From contig CAJINV010000023.1 of NCBI GenBank assembly GCA_905178155.1, positions 274,722 through 338,721 of the forward strand: DNA of 64,000 nucleotides. The letters run 5' to 3'. The notes beneath the pieces are model-generated. The model made no database searches and was not told the origin of the DNA. It saw nothing but the letters and a program-made list of their open reading frames with translations. The translations under genes and the position numbers were made by a program. Positions 40,874 through 51,192 of the stretch are shown in pieces; the stretch's first letter is position 1, and each line of letters opens with the position of its first letter. The DNA is from Amoebophrya sp. A120. Lineage: Eukaryota; Protista; Dinoflagellata.

Positions 40874-41721
40874 AGAACTAAATCACAACTACTTATCCCA
40901 GGAGACGCATTGAAGACGTCATTATAACTGAGGCAGAATCTGGTTCTTGAGCCGAGAAATAGCAGAAGAAAAAAAGATCCCAGCAGAATGTTGCGAATCC
41001 TCGGTCTCGCTTCCTTTCTATAGCTTCAGGACTGGTGAAAGAAATTAAAAAACTCAAATGCAGCGCTACGGCAACAAAACCTCTTTCATTCTTCCGTCAC
41101 TGTGTCTGGGCGTGGCGTCAAATATCCAACGCCCCAAATAGGCGATCCTTTGCAATTTCATCACTATAAATCTATCTTCGGGTATTGTGGACATATGATC
41201 CGGAAAAGAAGGAAATTAGCAACGCATGACGTGCTGATGAGCGAGCAAGGATCAAGTGAAGAGATCACGTTCTAGTACTTGTACTACGCCAAGAATGACA
41301 ACACTATAACAACATGAATCACGAAAATGATGCCGCTGGTTATCCTAGTGATCAACGTCGCAATAGTCAAGGCCTGAGCTAGCCAAATAGGGCGAAATCA
41401 CGCACAACAGTGCCGGCATTCCGAGCGCGAGCAGATCACAGGCATTGATTACTACTTCGCGCTGCAAGAACAACAAGAATAAACAGCCTCAACCTCTTAC
41501 AAAAATTGACTCTGAACAGATTACGACTAGTTTGACTCGTCAAAGCCGAGTAAACCTACGTCCTCCTATTTCTCGGTCTAACTTTATCGGCTATAAAGCC
41601 TCTCTCGACACGGACACGGATACAAACATCAAGCAAGTGTGCGTATCTACATCAAAATTTTGAATCGATTTGAATTTTACAGCTACATTCACAGTCGATT
41701 TAGTTGACGTCAGTTTTTTCC

Positions 41722-44700
41722 ATGGATACTCCAGAAAACATGCCTTTTCGCAAAGGAGTCCTCCCGCAGGACCGGGCGCTGGCGAAAACAAGAGCCAATT
41801 TCATGCTGGTCCTGGGTCTGCTTGTGTGTATGCTTCCGACGTCGCACGGTCTACTCGCGGCGCCAGGTCAACATGGAGGTCGAGGACGTGCCTTAGCTTC
41901 ATTGTCCTCTGACGCATCACACGAGGACCATGCAGGACGATCCCGCAGCCGCAGCCGCACGCCGCCACGTGGATTGCGGCCGCAGGAAGACCACCCCGCA
42001 GCCGCACGACAGCAGGTGCAGGCTCTTGTGATTGGTGAACACCACGATATGCCGCTCGCAGACCCTCTTCGTTGGATGTTGCGAAAACTCGCGGAGGAAA
42101 AGCAAATCGAGTTATTCGAGGGAGGTACACTGGTGGCTGAGGATGACCCGGACGGCGAATTACATTCGTTTCAGATGGAAACCGCGTCGTTTTCTATTGT
42201 AGCCCTTGGTGGGAGGCCCGACGGCCCTTGGGACCCAAAGATACCTTCAGCGCTCGCAGAAGCTGCAAGAAGAAGCTCCGTGCTCGAAAGGTTCCTACAG
42301 GGCCTCCGAGATGGCAAAACAAACGCGGAAAAAAAAGACCTCTTGCAACTTGCAAATCAGGCGATGTTGCGGAAAATTAAAAATCTCCCCGGGGGGAACG
42401 ATAACGATAACGAAGGTGGGCAGCAGCACGGGGTCCTCAGCGGCGGTTCCGCTAGTAGCGGGGAAGACCCTTCTTCACGCTGGACATTCGTCTCTGGCTC
42501 AGGCTTCACAAACATGGACGAACCAGGCTCCGGCTTCACGGAGAATGATTATCATTTGGTAAGACGCCCCGACCCCAGAGTTGTAATGCAAGTCTGCATG
42601 CTGAGAATGTTTCTCATGCGAAGACCCATGAGAAGCAGTTTCTAATCGTGTTTTGGGATTTGTGATGCTAGAATCAGCACGTTATGCTAGATCTGTGATG
42701 CTGCTGAACAAGCTAAACCGGATTACACTACGATGCCAAACTTGTCATGCGCAACAGCAAAAGCTGACAGATCTGTCTAGCAGATTTCGCATCTCCACTC
42801 TGGTGTGGGGACGTTTTTACTCAGAATAATGATGTGCAGTTGCTCATGGAGGAGTTAAGGTTCAGCGTCGGTGTAGTACCATCCGTGGTCCACCCCGGAG
42901 AAGATGTTGCCGATAGCGGACGACCCAAATCGACGCAGCTAAAACCACGCAGTGACGCCGATATTTATTTACTATCGCAAGGGCGCCGGACCTTCAGGGA
43001 GCTGATTGACGGGTTCATCTCGGAGATGAACCTCCACACGAGTAGAGCCTCACCGCTGAATCGCGAGCAGCATGGGCTTGAAGATTTTGTCGGAATATTG
43101 AATAGGTGCCTCGGACTCGAACAGCGCGGATTGCTTGAAAGCGATCCAGCAGAACGGGAACGGCAACTTGCCCAGCTCGTCTCGGAGAGACTTGCCGAGG
43201 GACCTGATTTGATGGAATGTTTGTCCAAAGACCTCAAAGAAGTGCCCGGCCGCGTGGCGCTGCTGATGGCGGGACTACAGGCTATCCGGGAGAAATATGG
43301 CATTGTTCTCAACTGTTACATTCTCAACTGTAGTTACACGGATTTGTCATGCAAAATTGCCATCGCCCTCGACTTGATCAAGGTGCTTAGCATGACAAAA
43401 AATTTTCGAAGGGCTAAGCAGCATGATATTAATCGGTGGAAAATCTGTAATGCGAGAGCTACGAAAATCTTGCCACTTTCACTGTTGCTGTAGTTCCTGC
43501 ATATACAAAAATCCATGTAAAAACCGTTGAGAGTGTAAAAACATTTGAGAACGCCATGAGAAGCTGGCAGAAGAGGTTTGCGAGAAATATTTTTCAGACC
43601 AGAAGACAGACGGCCGCGGGGGCTCTCGCTCTGCCTCAGCATCCGCGGCCGGAACCTCGTCGCGTTATAATTCCTGGCCACAAAACTGGCCTGCGCAAGA
43701 CCGGCTCTCCGAAGGGGAGCAGCTCCAGATTCGGTTGCTGTGCAGAAAAGGCATTTACAAAGAAGAGCTCACTCTTGGCAAAGACGATAGCAACAGGGGT
43801 GGGAAAGGTCTTTTTACGAAGACGAGAAACCTCGTTTGGATTCTGCGCGTGCTGGACAAGTGGGCCAAGCAGGGCGAGCTTCACCAAGTAGAACGTCGGG
43901 GTGCTTGGTATCCTGAGTAAAAACGTACCCATACCAGAGTTGTAATGCAGATTTGCAAAGACAGGAAGACTTGTAATGCGCATCCCCATGAGAGCCATTT
44001 CCAGTCGTGTTTTGGAATTTGTGATGCTGTGAACAGGGTGAGCAGATGAATCTGTGGCGCGGCTGCACTTGCTAACCTGCACTGCGCTGCATAGTGCAAC
44101 TTGTCACGCGTGACTCACCCTTGTCATGCGTGACTAATGTCCCGCCCGCAGGAGCGCAGTCTGTTTATGTCATGCGTGACTCACAAAACTCCTAGGTTTG
44201 TGCTGCAAAATCCCCATCCTGACTCTGGTGTGGGTACGCTTTTACTCAGGACACTTGGTCGCGGTTCCTTAGTACGGGTCGACGGTCGTCCCACGCGAAA
44301 CTCGTCCTTCCGAAGGTCTTTGTCATGGGCAAAACGCACGTATCGCACTTCAAGCGCCGGCTACAGGAAGCGCGCCCCGACTTGCAAATCCAGGTTGCGG
44401 AGCTGAGCAGCGAGCGTGTCTGTCTGTCGGACATGTCGGACGTGTCGAACGAATTCATCAGATCAATTTACTTGACCTCGGGCCCTTTCTACAAACAGTG
44501 GTCCGAGCTTGGGCGCGAGCTTGATTCATCTCAAAAAGGCCTTGCAACAATATCAAATGTAAAAATGTCTGGGTCTGGAAGCATGCAACTTGTGACGCTG
44601 CGTCTGGATTCTACAAAAATCTTTATTGTATGAAAAGCAAAAGAGGTTCAGTCTTTGCCACGCCGAGAGGGTATTTCTCATGCGCTATAGGCATCAGGAG

Positions 44701-45155
44701 GCCCTCACAAAATCTGTGATGCTAGGGCATGCATCAGCATCACAAACATCAGAACTCATGCAAAATGTGCACGACAAACCTTGCATCCTTCCAGACCCAG
44801 ACACTTCTGCATTTGATAAACAGAACTGTTGGACGAAATCCGAGAGAATATCCGGACACAACAAGAAGATGAAGATGAATCCGACGATAAATTCGAACAT
44901 GAAGAATCCAGACATGAATCCGTTGTCGCTTCGAGTTTGAAAAGTAAATTCTTGGAATTTGTTCGCGAGACGAAAACAAGTGCTAGTGCAGAAGATGAGC
45001 TAGAAGGTGTGCTGAACTGGAGCCGGTGGGAGTATGTTAAGGACGGCAGGCTTGTGCACTGGTCAAACGCCGAGGGATTGATAGCGGTTCTCCGATTCCT
45101 GGCGACTAACGTCAAGACAAAAAATCCAGGCTGCAGCAACTGCGCCGTGATGTGA
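41722..45155 (+). CDS. Secreted TraB/GumN/ChaN (EraA/TIKI superfamily)-like protein
   Basis: Four introners removed in frame join ORFs 41704, 42834, 43735, 44325 and 44829. Signal-like MLVLGLLVCMLPTSHG, then motifs LVIGEHHD, TRNLVWI and VFVMGKTHV in the order typical of this superfamily. The 3' end may continue past a GTGAGT donor at 45152. Confidence 0.5.
42550..42828. mobile_element. Introner, family C
   Basis: TSD atgat/atgat. Right TIR actctggtgtggggacgtttttactcagaata. Frame restored (END|VQLLMEE). Confidence 0.9.
43296..43558. mobile_element. Introner, singleton family
   Basis: About 55-bp imperfect TIR tatggcattgttctcaactgttacattctcaac / gttgagagtgtaaaaacatttgagaacgccatg. TSD agaaa/agaag. 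Frame restored. Confidence 0.8.
43909..44253. mobile_element. Introner, family C
   Basis: tatcctgagtaaaaacgtacccataccagagt / actctggtgtgggtacgcttttactcaggaca. TSD cttgg/cttgg. Frame restored. Confidence 0.92.
44551..44818. mobile_element. Introner, family B
   Basis: tatcaaatgtaaaaatgtctgggtctggaa / ttccagacccagacacttctgcatttgata. TSD aacaa/aacag. Frame restored. Confidence 0.92.
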
Positions 45156-47678
45156 GTTTTGACGAATTTGAGTCGTGGAGGTCTACCTGGCGTGGCTGCG
45201 AAGATTGATGATTATTTGAAAGAAGTCCTTGTGAACTACGCGCCATTGGCAAAGAACTCGAATAATAGGAGAAGTGGAGGTGGTGGAAGAGGCGGCGTGC
45301 GCAATCGACGAATGGAGAAGATTTCAAAAGAAGAACTACGTGTACAATAATGTCAACCAGACGGAAAAACCGACGAAGATTCTGTAAAAAAATGAATTTT
45401 GGATTGCAAAAAATAAAATTTTGAATTTTGAGCTCGATGCACAAGCACAACTTTATTTCAACCAAGCGCGAGCAGTTTCTAGCACGAGGAAAATAGATAT
45501 TGATTTATCGGACAAAACAAGGAGGGCGGACGATGGGATGATGAGAAATTATGTGGATGCAAATGTATTACTATTAGCGCGAGCAGCAGTTATCACGCAA
45601 ATAAATATTGGATAAAATAAGGAGGGTGGACGATGGGATGATGAGAAATGTGGATGCAGAATAAAATTTGATTGGGGATGAAATGGTGGTGAAGGTGATG
45701 ATGTGGTGGAAGAAAGAGGATTTGGCATTCTAGGACTAGAGGCTGACATCACTACACGCGCATCATGGTAGTTCTGTGTGCGACGAGAAAGTCAGTCGCA
45801 TGCTGCGGAGATGTTTCCGTCTGTTTGTGCGTTTTGCAAAGAAGCTGGGTGCAGCTGCGGGTTGTCGAGGGCTATTCGCTCCCATTCGCAACCACGCTGA
45901 CCCAGCTTGAGATCTCACACATCTCACACTGTGGTCCACCACAGCACTGTGGAAGTAGATGATGACGGCGAAAACTAGTCTTTAACCAGGGATGATGAAT
46001 GGGAACTATTTCCATTCGATGTTGACTAGTGCTAGAAGAATCTGTATGATTTGTAAGATTATTTTCGCGTTATGTTTCGTTTCTGTTTCATCTGATTGCA
46101 GAAGAAGGTGGATGTTTCTCTCCTTGAGGAGAAAGACGCCGGACTGGACAGGAAGACTAGAATGCCAGGCCATCTATACGAAACTACACCTAATATTCTT
46201 GAATAACAAGCACGATTTTTGGTATGACGAAAAATTATGGTTGAATAGCTCAAGGCCAGACTCGTGACGTCCACAGACTAACAAGTTCTTTGCTGCGTTT
46301 GTTTACGCCGCGCTGCAGTGTTCGAGGCAAGATGCAATGGTTTCTTTGAACAAAATGAAAACGTTGGTCGCCACTCACCCTCACGCTTTTCTCGTGGGTA
46401 GTTTGCGTATATGTTATTGGAGGTGCAGCTCTGTCTTTGCCAGAGATCTCAGTTACTATTTTCAGGTCAACCACACTCTTCCAAAGGCAAAGCTCGAAGG
46501 TCATAAAAATCAAATTTTTCTACGTGCGTTGTGGCGGTCAACAATTTGCACTTCGTCGGATCCTGTTGCAGTTTTTATGCAGCTCTTCGATCGATCCGGC
46601 GCCGATCTAAATCACTGATATGGTATGGTAAGTCAGTAAGTAGTTGGAATAAACTCGGTGTTTTTGCACGACCGGATCATGTCCATCTCCGCTAAACGGA
46701 GATCCAAGTTGTTGTAGCTTCATCTCTACTTCTGTGTTTAAGCATTGATTGGTCCGCTTTTGATCGGACGATCTGATCCCCTTTTATAATTTTGACAACC
46801 TGTTTCCTCGTAGGTGCGTGTGTTGTTTCGTTGTTCGGAGGTTGTGTAGTTAAGACGCAGTTGCAGAGGAAAAATTGAAAATGAAGATAGAGCGCAAAAA
46901 ACAAGCGTTCCAATCGACATGTTCGAGAAGAAGGACAACCTCATCCGAGAGAGGCCTCAGTCGACATCCAGCTCGGCGACACGAGGAGGAGAAAGTCCGG
47001 CCTTCATCATGTTCGACCTGCATGCTTCGCAAGTAGAAGTGAACTACTGCTCAGGGTATGATTTAATAAAGCCGGTAGTAAGTAGTTGTTTGCAGTTTGA
47101 TTGTTTTCGTTGTTGAGTAGCCATTAGTTTAGATGTTCTCTCATCCTGGAAGGGGACCGCAGAAGATCTGCGCATCTAAAGAGCCAGTAATTTGTCCTTG
47201 AAAGAATCTATATTCATGGGAAATACCGCAACTTGCACGACTCAATCTCCATCGACACAAAAATATATCATCTACTACAGGTACAGGTCGCCACGCGCAG
47301 TCCAACGTGTTCTTGGAGCAGGAAGCAAATTCCTGATTCTGCACGAGTTGTGGCATCACCCCACCGGCATCATGATGCAGGCGTTTTCATTTCCCGTCAA
47401 TTCACGCGGCGCGACATGAGGATCTTCACTTTGACGCAGCTAGTCTTCGCAACAAGATACTAGCCCTTCAAGGCCTGTGGTGCGTCTTGTTTGACAACTA
47501 CCTCCTCGGCCGTACTGTAAAAGTTCTGCCTCGCCGCGAAGCATCTTCTCCGCGTTGATGTCCATCATGCAAAGCACCTGCCCCCCACAAGATGGCCGAG
47601 GGCATCAACAACGTGTCATCTTCGCGAGATCGAGACCGTCGCGGCCTCCCGCCTAGGCTAACAAGAAGCTCAAGCCCA

Positions 47679-47956
47679 TATCAACTGCAAAAATGTCTGG
47701 GTCTGGAAGATTCTGACACTTGTCATGCGCGTTTTGCATGAGCTGCGTTTTGCATGAGCCCTGATGCCTGTGATGCATGCCCTAGCAATACAGATTTTTT
47801 GAGTGCTTCTTGATGCCTATGCCGCATGACAAATGCCTTCTCAGCGTAGCAAAAATTGCATTCCCTTTGGTACTCATGCAATACAGATTTTTTTGGAAAA
47901 CAAACGCAGCATCACAAGTTGCATTCTTCCAGACCTAGACATTTTTACATTTGATA
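47679..47956. mobile_element. Introner-like element, family B
   Basis: Family B TIRs. TSD gccca/gtcca. Host gene not resolved. Confidence 0.85.
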
Positions 47957-48031
47957 GTCCAGGAATGAAGCACATCTTCCACGTCGACAACGAGCACGAG
48001 ACGGACACCGCACGACGCATAAACATATTCA

Positions 48032-48208
48032 TATGCATGGCAAAAATATCGTACTACTAGTGAAAATTGCATGACAAAATTTGCCAAGAAGAAGAAAAGT
48101 GGGATGTGTATTGCTGATTTCCCAGAAGATAGGCGCTTTCGATTTGTCATTCCTACCGGCAAAATTCCTAGTACTACGACTACGAGTGCGATACTTTTGC
48201 ACCGTATA
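48032..48208. mobile_element. Introner-like element, family A
   Basis: tatgcatggcaaaaatatcgtact / agtgcgatacttttgcaccgtata. TSD attca/attca. Confidence 0.85.
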
Positions 48209-49060
48209 ATTCATATTTCGCATAGAAGCAACCTTTTTGCAGCTGGGGATGGAGCTTGGCTGCTGGAGCACCAGTGCCGGTTTTGTGAGTTACGTACTTG
48301 TTTAAAGATGGACTAAGTCCGTGAAGATCATGAGACCACTACGTTTATCTCATCAGAAGCTTTTCAACATATCACGCATCCACCTAATGGACTATACGGA
48401 TTGCCTACTTTCGCAGACAAAGTAGAGCATGTGCACAAAGAAAGGAGAAGAAGAGAAACCACCAGGACCGATGAAAATACAATCAGATATGAAAAACCTC
48501 TTGGTTGATCTTTTGGCGACAACAATCAGCTTTTATCATGGCAATGTCTTATTTTCATACATCATGCGTGTCAAACATACATCCTACATGATCTACTAAA
48601 AGGATGACACACAAGAACTGCCACCTACATTATTGGTTTTGCTTTTCGTTTTTTTTTCGAATGAGGCTGAAAGGAATATCATGTAGGGAAATAGCTCTTG
48701 CACGCCGAACGGTGAAGGTGAACACAGTCACAATGCTTTAAAATTCTTTTGTGTCCCCTCACACGGAGACGACATTTTTTAGGTTGAAAATCGACGTTAG
48801 GGTCGTGCAAAAATCTCAATAATCTAGACGAGTCAGGTCCGTCTCGGGCAGAAAGTTGATTGTAATGTGGCAGCGCATGTTGCACCACTACCACAAGCAC
48901 ATCAGCCTCACCTTTCCTTCGCGAGCCAAAAAAGGATGAACTTACTCATTACTTGTTTTTCGAAAAAATAGAAAAGTCTGAAGCTCATCAACCTCTCAAC
49001 TTCAAGTAGAATTCTTTTGTGTCCCTTCAAACCACGACGACATAGCTTGTTGCATATTCT

Positions 49061-49082
49061 TCCGTAGCCATTTTGGCTCAAG
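49061..49082 (+). other. Dinoflagellate spliced-leader sequence (relic copy)
   Basis: Exact TCCGTAGCCATTTTGGCTCAAG, matching DCCGTAGCCATTTTGGCTCAAG. It is followed by AAGC rather than a GT donor, so it is unlikely to be an SL RNA gene. Confidence 0.9.
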
Positions 49083-49555
49083 AAGCGTCGGGTAAAAAGA
49101 TTTGTTTTGCTTTGATAAGTTACGGCATTTTTATCATGGATGAATGGCGGTCGTTATGGACCAAGACTGACAATGAAGTCATCGTGTGAAGGCTCGACTT
49201 CTTTTCTCTGGCTGCGTACATCTGAATTTTAGTACCAGTCCCTAGTCATTGACATCATCTGTACGGTGGAGAAACTTGGTCGTCTTGATCCGAGATCCCC
49301 TCCCTCCATCTTAAGCACTTCTTCAACGCACGACTGAAGTCTACGTTCGATTCCACCTTTCTACGGGACATCTACTCATCCCCTTGATTAATTGATCGTC
49401 TTGCAGTTGCGCGCCAGTCTGCTTGTTTTCCCCGAAGAACAAAAAGAAAAAAGTGCGGACACACGACGAAGGAGGTACCCCCTCCTGGAGCAGAATCAGC
49501 AGAATTTTGTCCCCTCACACGACGAGGACATTTAGGATCAGAGGTTGCTGCAAAT

Positions 49556-49633
49556 TTTTCTTCTGTGGTCTGTTGAAAGCATATTCTTCTGTGGTCTGTT
49601 GAAAGTATAAATTATTCTGTGGTCTGTTCAAAG
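49556..49633. repeat. Short tandem repeat, 3 x ~26-28 bp (ttctgtggtctgttgaaag core)
   Basis: Three adjacent copies visible. Confidence 0.85.
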
Positions 49634-51192
49634 AACGAAAGCTCTGTCAATCCATTTTCTGTACCTCCGCTGAAACGAAAACTGCAAGAGAAGTTTTGAA
49701 GAACGAAAAGCGAAGTATCTTTCCACGTTAGTTTGAGACCTGGCTACGTGCTGACCCAATTGCGTTGTGTGTGTTCTGCGCTGATGAGCATTCAAAATGG
49801 AGTGGAACACGCCGGTTACTGTCCCGGTCTGCTAGATGATACGAAGTTCTAAGGCACAGGACCACGACGTATGTGTCGCTGAAACCAGGGTATTTGAGTC
49901 TATTTCATCGCTATTCCAGTAGCGCTGGGTACTTGATCGTGCAGAAGGCACGGCAGATGAGAGATGACGAAAAATAACACCTCGGAAACGTCGGTTCATC
50001 ATTGAAATAGTGCGTATTCATTGCTAGAAACGATGGGCTACTCGTACTCATTGCAGAAGCCTCACCTCCCAAAGATATAACTCGATCGTCTGCGTTTTCA
50101 CGTGCATTCTCTCGTCCAGAAACATTCTTTCACAGAACCCACTAAGTAAATCGCCCGAATGTTCTTTTTTGTACTCCCACACGAATAGACTTAGACGAAA
50201 AAATCACGTATAGAAGTAGTGTGGGTGTTCACGTTGTAGTATGCGTGGTCTTCCGCTCCTTCCCCGTAGTATTGACAGTCGCATGATGTTGGATCGATCA
50301 GTTATTAGTAGCTCGTTTCGTTTTGACCAAGGGAAGAGAGATCATCGATTGCGCTCGAGAAGTCGGGAGGCAGTTACGTACTTGGCATCACCACTGAAAG
50401 GAAGCCGACGTTCTTTTGAAGATCGGAAGCGTAATATGAATCTCATCTAGGAGTGGATCAGGCCCTTTCGACCGACTTTCAAAACAATGAAAATAGACTT
50501 CTTTTTTTGGTCTGCACCCGGGTTGGCGGTTGATGTGGTGTGGAGAGAGTTCGTTCATCGATAATTGAGCTGTACTTAGAAAGATGCGACAACAGAAGTA
50601 CAGTCTGACTCTGGTACAGCTCTTCTAGCGACGCGGTTCTCCTTTACGTGGCACAGGTTATTCGTTGCGGCCCGACAAGAATACCAGGACCGCCACTTCG
50701 ACGTGGTTCCTCCAGTGTTGCTGAGCCAGTGGAGGCCGAGCATCAACCGCGTTGTGAGCTACTCTCTCATCGGGCTCCTGCAGCGAAGCTCCGGTTCCCC
50801 ACCCCGCAGGGTGACTTCGTTTTCCGCGTTCCCTCATTATTTAACTCCGTGGTCGTTGAGGAGAGCGTCTTTATTTCGCGATCTCGAGTGGACTTTCAGC
50901 TGCCGCGTCGTTGCCAGTAGAGGACCGCGACTCCAGCGCTGCAACACGAAAAACCGCAAGAGCAGCGCGACGAAGGACCACACGGAAGCAGGAGGCGACG
51001 TGCTCGCCCTCGTGATTTTTGCGGCAGCTTGTTGCTCCTACGGCTGGTACGAGGCAGTCGGACTACCTCCACGTGAACGAAGGACCGACTGGCCGAACTT
51101 TGCCTTCGCCGCCCCAGCCGACGATCTTCTTCTACCCTCGGACAAGAAGCACTTGATCCCACCCGCACTACCCCCACCACCACCGACCCACC

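Noticed and set aside
45150-45350. In-frame TGA readthrough or stop-codon reassignment
   Set aside because: The TGA lies within a GTGAGT donor-like site, and the other genes read normally with the standard code.
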